Positions 25,387-35,605 of a DNA stretch of 64,000 nt are shown one piece after another; position 1 is the stretch's first letter; every line of letters starts with the position of its first letter. The stretch lies in contig MCFE01000415.1 of the NCBI GenBank assembly GCA_002104905.1, positions 15,419-79,418 of the forward strand, given 5' to 3'. The DNA is from Basidiobolus meristosporus CBS 931.73. Lineage: Eukaryota; Fungi; Basidiobolomycota. Made by a program: the position numbers and the translations under genes. The notes under the pieces were generated by a model, which saw nothing but the letters and a program-made list of their open reading frames with translations, was not told the DNA's origin and made no database searches.

Positions 25387-26231
25387 TTCGGATCACTGGT
25401 GCTAGCACCAAAAACGAAAAAAGGTTATGAGAAGTAGCTGGTCGATGTAAATACAGGGAGCCTTTTAAATTCAATGGCTGAATCTTCTCCACAACGTTGA
25501 CGTTTTCCTGGACTGAGGGTGATGATAAACAATGGCAAGGGAATTACCGGTTCCTTGCACGTTTCCGGTGAATGTAAGAAACCTGTCTTATTAAGCGTAA
25601 TAGTCAAATCTATGCCAGGAAGGGGATTATTGTTGACATGTTAGGCAACCACCTGGAGATTAAGTGAATTGTGCGACTAAGCCTTAAACCGATTTCCTCC
25701 TATATAAGCAGTCATAGATTTCGCCCTGTTGTGTTAGGGGCTTCTTTATAAAATCTGACTTTAGTGGCACTATTCTTGCTGAGTACTGCATGGAATGACT
25801 CAATCTCACCTGGTTTATTGAAACTTACCTTGAAACCTATCGCAAGCGTACCTAATGGAGAGTGCTGGTTCCAATATGCACAGGCAAATCGCACACATCT
25901 CGGCCAAGTGTCGGCAGAATGACGCCATCCAAGATAGGGTAATTACGAGTATATACACAGGTTTTATCGCTAATGAACTAGCACCCTCTTTCTCCAGAGG
26001 GGTCGAAAGGTTCAAACACCCATCAACCGAGCAACGTTCGTGGGGCGTGGTTAAATATCGATGTGTAGTGCATGGGTGTTAGGATTTCAAGGTATATTTC
26101 TTTACTGGATGCATCAAAATATCGGGAAATCCAAACGAAATGTACAGTGGTTTGGGACTTTGGAATGCAAAATAAAAATTTCTAAAGATTGACGAATCTA
26201 TCATGCTTATCCTAAGCGATTGGTCCTCTCT

Positions 26232-26763
26232 TTACATTAAGACTTTTAGCACTCTCCTGCTGGTGACAAGATAATGGAAGCGCTCGAATTCGGCCTTGGC
26301 AATTTCCGGTTGCTCGTTCTGCAGATAGGCCTCGAGGTGGTCCTGGGACTGGATGGTGTAATGAATAGTGAAGTAGATCTAAAGCAAATCCAAATATAAA
26401 TCTCTACACGCGTAACGAACGAATACAGTGGCTCGAGTTTACCTTGCTGCACCCTTCCTCGGATAGCCAGAACAGCCCAGCTAAAATAAAGGAAAGTCTA
26501 TTACTTTACTCGCCTCATACTCGGGTATATGTCGAATCCAATGAAGTACCTGGCTTGGGCTGACTGAATACGTTAACGGAAAGAAATCCTGGAAAAAGAG
26601 CGGTCAACACCAGAGCATTGAGCTAGTGTATGGGGAACATACCATCCACTCTATCGCAGGTGTTACGGGCAAAGCTGCGAAGCCAGTCTAGATATTCATC
26701 GCCTTTGTCTTTTGGAACGGAAATGTTGACCTCGTAAATCAGTGTATCTAACGCATGCGACAT
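26232..26763 (-). CDS. DUF4286-like dimeric alpha+beta barrel protein (114 aa, 4 exons; absent from the ORF track)
   Basis: Exons 26763-26643, 26588-26550, 26480-26443, 26378-26232 with GT-AG introns give MSHALDTLIYEVNISVPKDKGDEYLDWLR...YFTIHYTIQSQDHLEAYLQNEQPEIAKAEFERF...RRVLKVLM*. Confidence 0.75.
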
Positions 26764-27535
26764 AGTAACAGAGAAGCGGACAATACAGGTGTGCAAAAAA
26801 TCCGGACATTAAATACACTCATCCTGTCCAAGAATTTGATTTGATTGGATGGTTGAGCCAACCTGGTTAACTAGATGATTAATCTAAGGCAAGGCATGAT
26901 GGCGAGGTAATCCAAGGTGAGGCAAGCGAGGGAACAAGCTAGGAAACCTCATGTGGGAACAGGAGCAGTGTCAGAAACAGCAATCAACGCCACTGGTCCC
27001 CTGTCCCCTTCCCCTTTTCCGCACCCTTACTCGCGTGGATTGGTGGACTACATGTTTGATTTGATGCAACTTTAGCTCCAATATCATGGGCAAAAGCAGG
27101 AAGAAACGTTTATCACTAGATCAATCCTCCCTAATTAATAATCCAAATGAAACCATGACGTACAAGTAGTCAACCCTAGCCCAGATACTGCTGCCATAGA
27201 TAAACTGGTCTTCCATTTCCCATTTAGGTTTTTATCCAGCTTCCCTTTCCCACGATTTCTTGGGCTCTCATCAACCGAATATCTTTATCCATTATAATCC
27301 TCTTTTACGCTGATTCCCCACTCTTATCCCCACCATTCTCGCTTAATTGAGCGTGAATTATTTTCCAAGTAATTTCGATCTTTCTACCGCGTCTTCAAAG
27401 AAGGATATTATCTCGTGCACGTACCAGACACTTGGTTTTTGACTGTCGCGTTGGAATACTGAGTTCAAGCTGTCCTCCCAAACCCCGTTCGACTTTTCGA
27501 AAATCCCTTTCGATACACATCCGGAGATCTCTGCC

Positions 27536-28786
27536 ATGGAGGTTAGAGACTTTTTAGCCAAATGCAGGCTTGAGCAATACTACACCACCTTCGTATCCGA
27601 AGGGTTTGACCAGCTGAAATCGGTATGTCACTGTTCCCAACTTCTGGCGACGCAATCTGGTATTCATCTTTGCATTCTGTTGCCACAGCTCCTGGAGATA
27701 ACGGAGAGTGATTTAGCTGCCATGGACGTCAAGAGAGGTCACAGAAGGGTAAGTTGCCAGTAAGCTGGCCCTATGAGGCAACGTGTAGCTCATCCTTTGT
27801 TTAGTTATTGCAGCAGGAGATTGCTAGCCTGAAGGGATTTACTCAGCCACCCTCTATGGGTTTATCGATGGTCCCCACAGATGAGAACTTCTTGAATATG
27901 TCAGAAACAGGTCAGCAAAAACTGCAGTTACTTATGGTGTCTTCATTACTAAGTAGTTATTCATTTTTTGAACGGAATAGACTCAACACCCATTCAACCT
28001 CGTCTTTTAACTCCAGGCGCCTTACCAGCCAGCCACGGCTCGCACATCTCGCTACATGGGCAACATCTGATGTCGCCGGACATGGGGGAGTATACCACTC
28101 CAGACAGCAACGGAAAACGCAAATACAGACGCCACCCTAAACCAGACAAAAACGCACCGGAGAAGCCTGCTTCAGCATACGTGATGTTTTCAAATAAGGT
28201 TCGGGCAGAGCTCAAGGACCAGAATATGTCGTTTACTGAGATCGCAAAAATCGTTGGCGATCGATGGAAATCCATCAGCCGTGAAGAGAAGGAGCAAGTG
28301 GAGCAGAGTGCAGCGCAAGCACGTGAGGAATACTACGAAGCTTTACGTGTCTACAAAGAGACCAACGAGTACAAGGTACTGAGGAATCGGAATGCGTGTG
28401 TGAAGCCTCCATACTTAACCATCCTGAACATTAGGAGTATCAAGAATACCTGGCCGAGTTTCGTAAGAAATCCAGTAGTTGCGGTACGTATGGTTCAATC
28501 GGGTTACTTTCACGCCTCAACTAACAGACATCCGGTAGTGCGCCCCGTTGGTCGGCCAAGAAAGCATCCCAAACTTCACGAAGAGGCCGGAAACTCGCTA
28601 GTGGACTTAAATTCCGAAAACAAGCACCCAGCACCGCCCACATACAATCTCAACATGGTGCACAACGGCTCGGCGCTCCATCCGCACAACGATCACCCCC
28701 ACGACCACTCACATCAAAACAACCATCACTCTGATATCAATTTAGAGTTCATGGTTAGCCAATCGGATCAAACATTCATGATCTAA
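27536..28786 (+). CDS. SAM-domain + HMG-box protein (multi-exon; 3' end approximate)
   Basis: N-terminal FL..CRLEQYY..F.SEGFD...L.EITESDL..M.VKRGHRR (SAM); RKYRRHPKPDKNAPEKPASAYVMFSN...KIVGDRWK (HMG). Confidence 0.85.
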
Positions 28787-29641
28787 ACGCAATTTTGTCA
28801 ACTTCAACCTTGCCACAGGTGTTATATATATAATTTATCGGCGTAAGCTAGGGTTTTCTTCGTGTTTAGGTCTTTACAACTGCACACTGTTTATTTGATG
28901 GAATCAGTCTTTACTTTATCTATACTGCAAAATATACACTTTACTCGCATCTTCTGTGCTAGATAGCAACAATCGGATTTTGCTCATAAATCCTCTGGAC
29001 TAGATAGCAAATATAGGATTTTATTCATAAAATAGGATTCAGAAATCCACACACCTTGGGGCAAATATGGTTATACTGCAGGCATTGGCGTCCACCTCAT
29101 CTGAGTGGAATTCGGGTGGAATAACTGCGACCCAACTAACCTTCACCCTCTCGGTCGAATCCTGGAAACAGACCATCGCCATCAAGCCATCGTACAGGGC
29201 ACACAAAACCCTAGTCCTAACCTAAATCGCAACCCCGCATCTAGTCCTAAGCACCTTATCCCGAATAGAGCTCCAGGCAACCATAGACCATTATGGTGAA
29301 ATTAGGGCAATGCTGCCAGCAAATTTGGGACAAATCACCTTCCAATGTAAGCCTGAGTCATCGAATGTGCAGTCTAGCTCATTCTTGAGTGGCCAATTTG
29401 GGCGTAGACCTGTCATCTAATGTGTATGGTCATTGTCCCTCTTAGGTGGCGCTTCAAATAATTCATACCAAAAACCCATCGACTGGGTTGATTCAGCCAG
29501 AATGGTCCAATCAGTATAGCTTATTATGGGAATGCCATCACTATGGTGCCGGATTCTCAATGAATTTCGTATGCCTGCCGCTGCCTGGATTATAAATATT
29601 CAACCAGAGATCCCCGCCATCCGTACTATCATTCTCCACAC

Positions 29642-29938
29642 ATGGATACTAAGTGGTGCACCGTTTGTGACCGGTATATCGATTTTTACGAAGACGAGCT
29701 GTATTGCAGCGAAGCGTGTCGTCTGAAAGATGCTCACGGCTCTAACTGTCTCCAGAACAACGACTGCAGCTCCGTATTGTCATTCAGCTCAGCCTCCGAC
29801 AGTAGCTCTCCTCTCTCTTCGCCTATCAGAACCTCCTTCCTTCAAGAAGGCTACCCGCCCACACGAGGTGGACTAAAGCTTCCGACCAGATACGTCTCAC
29901 TGAAGCCCAAGGGACACCGTTTTACGTTGGTGCGTTAG
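29642..29938 (+). CDS. Ecl1/2/3-family (extender of chronological lifespan-like) zinc-binding protein
   Basis: WCTVCDRYI......LYCSEACRLKD motif followed by a Ser-rich tail. Confidence 0.8.
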   Translation: MDTKWCTVCDRYIDFYEDELYCSEACRLKDAHGSNCLQNNDCSSVLSFSSASDSSSPLSSPIRTSFLQEGYPPTRGGLKLPTRYVSLKPKGHRFTLVR

Positions 29939-30165
29939 ATATATACTTCGTAGTATCTACTGTAACAACACAGCTATCATTGCATGTATATATCCACACC
30001 CATCGGCAGTTCATTGTTTGTATTCTATAATCACCGCACACCAACATCTATATATACAAAATCCCGTTCATCCGACATATTGCTAGTCCATCATGGCGTG
30101 CTCGTACAATAAACCCATCCCCATCTTCTTGATCAACTTTTCGGTGATTTATTGGATGGGCTCCC

Positions 30166-31677
30166 CTACTTACGACTCAGGTCACACTCGAGAAGGGGAA
30201 CCAGCTTGGTTTTCTTGATTAGTTTAAATGCAATATAAAGTACAATGAAGATGAGTAGGCCAAGGTATGAGGCTAGCAATTGCATCCAATCGATCGGATC
30301 AGATGTGAAGCCAGAATATCCTTGTCCAATAATGACGATCACAATGAGCACCAGCGCGAACAGTGGGCCATATGGGTAGAACATGGCGGTGTAGGGCAAC
30401 TGGCTTAACTGGTTCCCTTGAGCTAGGAATGCTTTGCGGAATCTGTAATGGGATACGGCAATGCCGAACCACCCTACGAACCCGGTAATGCCGGAAGCGT
30501 TGAGCAGCCACTCGTATACCACACCTTCACCAAAGGTTGAGGTGGTGAACGACAGACACGATATCAAGGCAGTAAAGCCGAGCGCCCAAAGGGGAATCCC
30601 ATTAGAGCTGACTTTCTTGAGGAACTTCGGGCCTTTGTCCTCGTTGGCCAGAACCCACAGCGTTCTTGTGGCGGCATACAAGCCGGAGTTACCGGCGGAA
30701 AGCAAAGTCAACAGCACGATGGCGTTCATCATGTGCGTGGCCGGCTTGAACCCGATCATGAGGAAGACCAAGGTGAACGGGCTGGTAGAGATGCTCTCCA
30801 CATCGGAGCTGCTCAGCCTCACGTCATCGTAGCGGATAATCAGACCTATCACCGTGATGGCGCAAATATAGAACAGAAGGATGCGCCAGAAAACCTGCTT
30901 CACCGCTCTTGGCACGTCCTTTTCCGGATTCGAGGATTCCCCAGCAGTAACACCCACGATCTCGGTTCCTTGGAAGGAGAATCCTGCTATCAAGAAGACC
31001 TCAAGAACGCCGACAAAGCCGTTGACGAACGGAGCCTCGTTGTAGGTAAAGTTGGATGGGCCATGTAGCTCAGCATCAGCGCCCTTTCTGGTACAGAGGA
31101 ATACCACACCGACGACGATAAATACAACGACAGTAAGAATCTTGATCAGCGCGAACCAGTACTCGGACTCGCCATATCCTTTCACGGACAGTGCGTTGAA
31201 TCCAACCATGATCGTCAGTAATAGCAGGGACCATACCCACGAAGGGAAATCCGGAAGCCAAAACTTCATGATCACCGCAGCTGCTGCAAGCTCAGCAGCA
31301 ACAGTGATGGCCCAGCTGAGCCAGTAATTCCAACCCAATGCAAAGCCCAGCGCGGGATCCACAAATCGCGAGGCATACGTGTTGAATGAGCCGGAGACTG
31401 GCATATAAGCAGCCATCTCGCCCAGACTTGTCATCAGGAAAAACACCATGATCCCGATCAATCCGTATGCCACTAGAGCACCGCCTGGGCCTGCTTTGGC
31501 GATTGACCCACCGCTGCCCAGGAATAGCCCGGTTCCAATCGTACCTCCGATGGCGATCATGGACAGGTGACGGGATTTCAGATTCCTCTTGAGATCTCCT
31601 CCCTCAAGGTTTGGATGCTGGTGTTTCTCATCCGCATGGTCCACTTCATGCTTTTCATCAGTCGATATATCTTGCAT
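30166..31677 (-). CDS. APC-superfamily amino acid permease, LysP/YAT-like, intronless
   Basis: LKSRHLSMIAIGGTIGTGLF, FLMTSLGEMAAYMPVSGSF, GFSFQGTE, AVKQVFWRILLFY, SAGNSG; ~12 TM segments. Confidence 0.95.
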   Translation of the reverse strand: MQDISTDEKHEVDHADEKHQHPNLEGGDLKRNLKSRHLSMIAIGGTIGTGLFLGSGGSIAKAGPGGALVAYGLIGIMVFFLMTSLGEMAAYMPVSGSFNTYASRFVDPALGFALGWNYWLSWAITVAAELAAAAVIMKFWLPDFPSWVWSLLLLTIMVGFNALSVKGYGESEYWFALIKILTVVVFIVVGVVFLCTRKGADAELHGPSNFTYNEAPFVNGFVGVLEVFLIAGFSFQGTEIVGVTAGESSNPEKDVPRAVKQVFWRILLFYICAITVIGLIIRYDDVRLSSSDVESISTSPFTLVFLMIGFKPATHMMNAIVLLTLLSAGNSGLYAATRTLWVLANEDKGPKFLKKVSSNGIPLWALGFTALISCLSFTTSTFGEGVVYEWLLNASGITGFVGWFGIAVSHYRFRKAFLAQGNQLSQLPYTAMFYPYGPLFALVLIVIVIIGQGYSGFTSDPIDWMQLLASYLGLLIFIVLYIAFKLIKKTKLVPLLECDLSRK

Positions 31678-32247
31678 GCTCTTGATACCTACAGTAGATA
31701 GATAGTCAAGAATAAGCTACTGGCGCCCTTCGAATGCCCCTTTATAAATGGAGGGACATCCACCTTAAAGGGGATAAGCTTTTCGAGAACTATATCTTTA
31801 ATATTTCCAAGGTTGTTTCTTTTCCGAGATAAACACCAGATTTGGCTACTTCTGATACGTAGTACCATGCTGGCCCAAACCGTCGATTTTCTTATCTTTC
31901 GTTCGTTTCTGCACTTCTGCCAGCCACCCGTCGAATCACCTGCTCAACCTAACTTTGTGGAGGTGACTAATTTGGCTGATCCATCAACACACACCCACGA
32001 TGACATGTAGCTGTACATAGGCTACACTGAGGCTTGGTGAGAACTTGGCATTTTGGTCTATGCCTCCCTCAACAGAATTCATGGGTTGGAATTGGAAGGG
32101 CTGATATGATCGATCAGTATCTATCTATCCTAAAACCAAGCACATGACCAAACTGAATAGTGATCAGGGGCAACAGTCAACACTAATTGGGATGCCGTCA
32201 TCTACGCAATTGTAGTACGTTTACTTTCTTCCCTTGGCTGTTCAAGG

Positions 32248-32538
32248 ATGTCCGACCAAAAGGCTGCAGAGAAAAAGCACGAAGAATACCTGGAGGAGAT
32301 AAAAGCTGCCCGCGCGAAAGAGGAGCAGCCTCCACCCTCGTACGATGTTCCTGATGCGAATGGGATGACGGAGGCTGCTAAGAAAAAGCACCAGGAGTAT
32401 CTTGAAGAGCTTGCTGCCAACAGGGGTCAGGTGGAATCTCCTTTGCCTAGGTATGACGAAGAAGCAGGTCCATCCCATGCTGAGGAATCCCTTGAAGATC
32501 TGCCTCCTCCAGATTATGCCCACCCCGAGCCTAATTAG
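32248..32538 (+). CDS. Small acidic protein with an internal repeat and PY motifs
   Basis: AAEKKHEEYLEE / AAKKKHQEYLEE duplication; PPSY, LPRY and PPDY motifs; strong coding bias. Confidence 0.7.
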   Translation: MSDQKAAEKKHEEYLEEIKAARAKEEQPPPSYDVPDANGMTEAAKKKHQEYLEELAANRGQVESPLPRYDEEAGPSHAEESLEDLPPPDYAHPEPN

Positions 32539-32948
32539 AGCTAGGCCATGTTCTGACGACTCAACCCAGCTGTTCGGCGGGGAATAGGAGAGGTCAGTAA
32601 GTAACTTGTGCTCCTAGTATTTCAGTGCTTTCACAATAAACAGTCCAATACGTTGATAGTACCGGTAACGCTATTCCCTATCGATCACCCCAACACCGCC
32701 AGCAGCAGAGTCACCAATGAAACCCCATTGATTATTGGCACTCCAGTAGTTAAAGAAACGAACGAATATTTAATAAAAGCATGCTTGTTATTAACTAATC
32801 ATTTACAGGCGAATTAGGTGGGTCAAGGGATAGCAAAATCGCTGGGTTATTAGTGATGGCTGGAGACAGCTTTGGTTCAGTGAATTGGGTGAAATGATCA
32901 GGTTCTGTTTATGGCTGGGGTGGGATGGACACAAGGAGCATTCGAAAG

Positions 32949-34562
32949 TTATACACGGGTTTTGATTTTGCCATGACTATTGGGTGAGGAGTGCGATTCA
33001 GGATGCGGTGCTTTGCTGGTGGTTTTGATGAGGACGCTCTGAGTTTTCCTGCTGCGAGCCGGCAACGGTGTGGAAGGATTACTGATGGAGGATCGCGGCC
33101 TCGTTCTACTCTGTACATTTGGGGTCGGTGTGAACGAGGATGGCGCGCTCTCCGCATCCTCACTGTTGCATAGCTGTTCTTTCAGATGGGTCAACATGGT
33201 GTGTATGGACTCGCTACTGCTAACACTTGAGGTGGGGTTTAGGGGCTTTTGCCCACTGCTTTTGGCAGCTGTGGGTGGTTGTTTGTTCGTAAGATCTAAT
33301 ATTTGATTAATAAGTTCCTTTATACGTTGCTCGTTTGCTTCCGTCTGAGTGCCACTGTCTGTGAGGTCTGCTGGCTCTGTCTGACATCCCATCTCTACAT
33401 TCCCCAACGGTTCTTCAGATGTAGAGTCCTCTATACTATCATTCAACTCCTGTTCCTCTTCTTCACCGATATCGCTTAGATCCCTTGAAATCTCCTCATA
33501 GGGTTCTTTCCCGTTCTCATCTAAAGCGTGGGAGCAAAGTCTGTGAGATAAAGACCATGTCGTTGCGGACTCGTATAGGCGATAGCATACCAGAATTGAA
33601 TGTGGTCAGCACTTTGCCCCCATTGACCTGCGTCTTGTATTCTAAGGACTTCTTGGCATCCGAAATCAACGAGTCTACCATAGTGCAAACACGTGCAAAC
33701 ACCTGGTCGTTTACTAAATCAATATTATCTTCTTCTTCTGTAGGAGAAAGCGTGATATCCTGGCATGATCTTCGTGTTAGAACATTGGGATACAGCAGCC
33801 AAGAATCAACAGCTTTACCTCCCAATTCGGCAAGGGGACATCCAACGCTGCTAGGTCCATCGGGCCACCTCTAATTGGAAACAGGTTTAGTGGCTTAATC
33901 ATCTAAGCAGCCATGATACATAAATACCTGCTGATCCTTCTCTCTAGCTGCTCAATTTGAGCCGTTTGTTTCTTAATGGTAGATTCTAAGGAAGCGTTTA
34001 TAGACAAAAGTGAACTGTTGGAAATTTCAAGGTCCATAATCTAAACAAAATAAATTAGTAAAAGTAGGACGTGTGGTAGAATACTATCAGGAAGTACCTT
34101 CCGGTTCGTGCGGGCCTCCTTGGCTTCAAGATCTTCAGACTGACCTCTATGCGGGATAGAGGAATAGCGAGACATTGACAGGGGGCGAGTCCTTCGGTTA
34201 ACATCAGTCTTCACACTCAAAACACTCGCCCGATTGCTAGAGTCGGACGAATCTGAACCGAAACCATCATCAGAGCGAGTTCTGTTTGGGTTAGAAGGGT
34301 AGAAGCCCAGCTCCGATTTGGCATATCCACCAGAGGGAAGTTTTTTTGTTACCGGACTAAACAAACCGTCTTCACCAGGCCGTAAGATTATAGGGCCATT
34401 CTTTGGCAACCGTCCAGGTGTGCTTGAAGAGACTCGAGCCGCCTGCTGCTCCTCTAGCATGCTACGTATTTTTGAGGGAGTGGAGGCACCTTTAGGAGGT
34501 TTAGCGCCCTTGAAATTAGGAAAACCTTGCATGCTTGTCATGATACTCGAATCTTTTCCCAT
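32949..34562 (-). CDS. Hypothetical low-complexity/coiled-coil protein (multi-exon; ends uncertain)
   Basis: Ser/Pro-rich ORF segments joined by plausible GT-AG introns; FARVCTMVDSLISDAKKSLE helical block. Confidence 0.55.
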
Positions 34563-35605
34563 AAGATCACCCTCAAACGAATGGACAGTAGTCAAGCAAC
34601 TATGAGATTAAATGGTTTACAATTATATATGACTGTATAGATGCGGAGGCGAAATCGGAGTAGACACTGTTGCGTTTAACAAGATATAGGCGGCGAAAAG
34701 GTATCTTGTTAAAATGGGCAGTGACAGTGAAGAAAGAAGCGCAAGTAGGAAAAGGGGACGATGATAATACAAATTCAGAAAATCTCCAATTAATCCCAAG
34801 CCAACTTGAATGAATGAGCGAGCTTATTAAAATAATAAAGCAATCATTAACATGATTCTGTATGATCGAACTTGGTTTCAGTGAGTAATTTGAATGAATA
34901 GCTGAAAGTTCATTTCTTCCTTGGCCCATTATCAGTGTGTTTAGATTGTCGGTGGCTCTTTTGTACAATGGATCTATGCAATATTGTTGGCAGTAGGCTC
35001 GACCTTCCTAGTGTTACTGATATCATCAACATTTCCCTACAGAGTAGCCGGAAATTATAGGTTACACGCAGTAAATGCCTCTGTATATAATTCATGCACA
35101 CCACGTTGGTTTTAGTATCAACAAAACAATCAGTCCTATATCACGTGACTCTCCGTTCCTTTCGTATTTTTAACACGAACAACTAATATTTCAAGCTTGA
35201 AGTGAAGCCAACGTGGGTGTATTTTTTAACGGATTATCTAAGCCACACACCTGCACCAAACCTACAAAAGCCCTTGTATTTGGGTGGAAATATACACATA
35301 TGAAAGGTCTTTTCCAATGACTATAATTCTTGGATAAATACGTGTTTCTTGCTTTAACATTCCTTGAAGACTCACTGCCTCATCACACCATAGTATTCTG
35401 CGCCATATTGGTTTCCATAAAAAGAGTGATCAATTAAAGCTCGATTTTAACCAAACCAACTTAGCTTTGGTTGAATAAGCAACAAACTGAAACAGATTAC
35501 CAACAGTGTGATTGGTATGGAGCCTGAATATTAAGCCAGTGACAATCGCCATTTTTATCAGAGCCTCTGGTGTGTTCGACTTGTCTACAACTTGAGCACT
35601 CTTCA

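Noticed and set aside
27968-28786. HMG box as a Mucorales-type sex locus (sexM/sexP)
   Set aside because: The box is of the HMGB/Nhp6-like type with a SAM domain, and the flanking triose-phosphate transporter and RNA helicase genes are absent.
29200-29260. Telomere-like CCCTAG/CCTAAC motifs in a promoter region
   Set aside because: Irregular, with no tandem hexamer periodicity.
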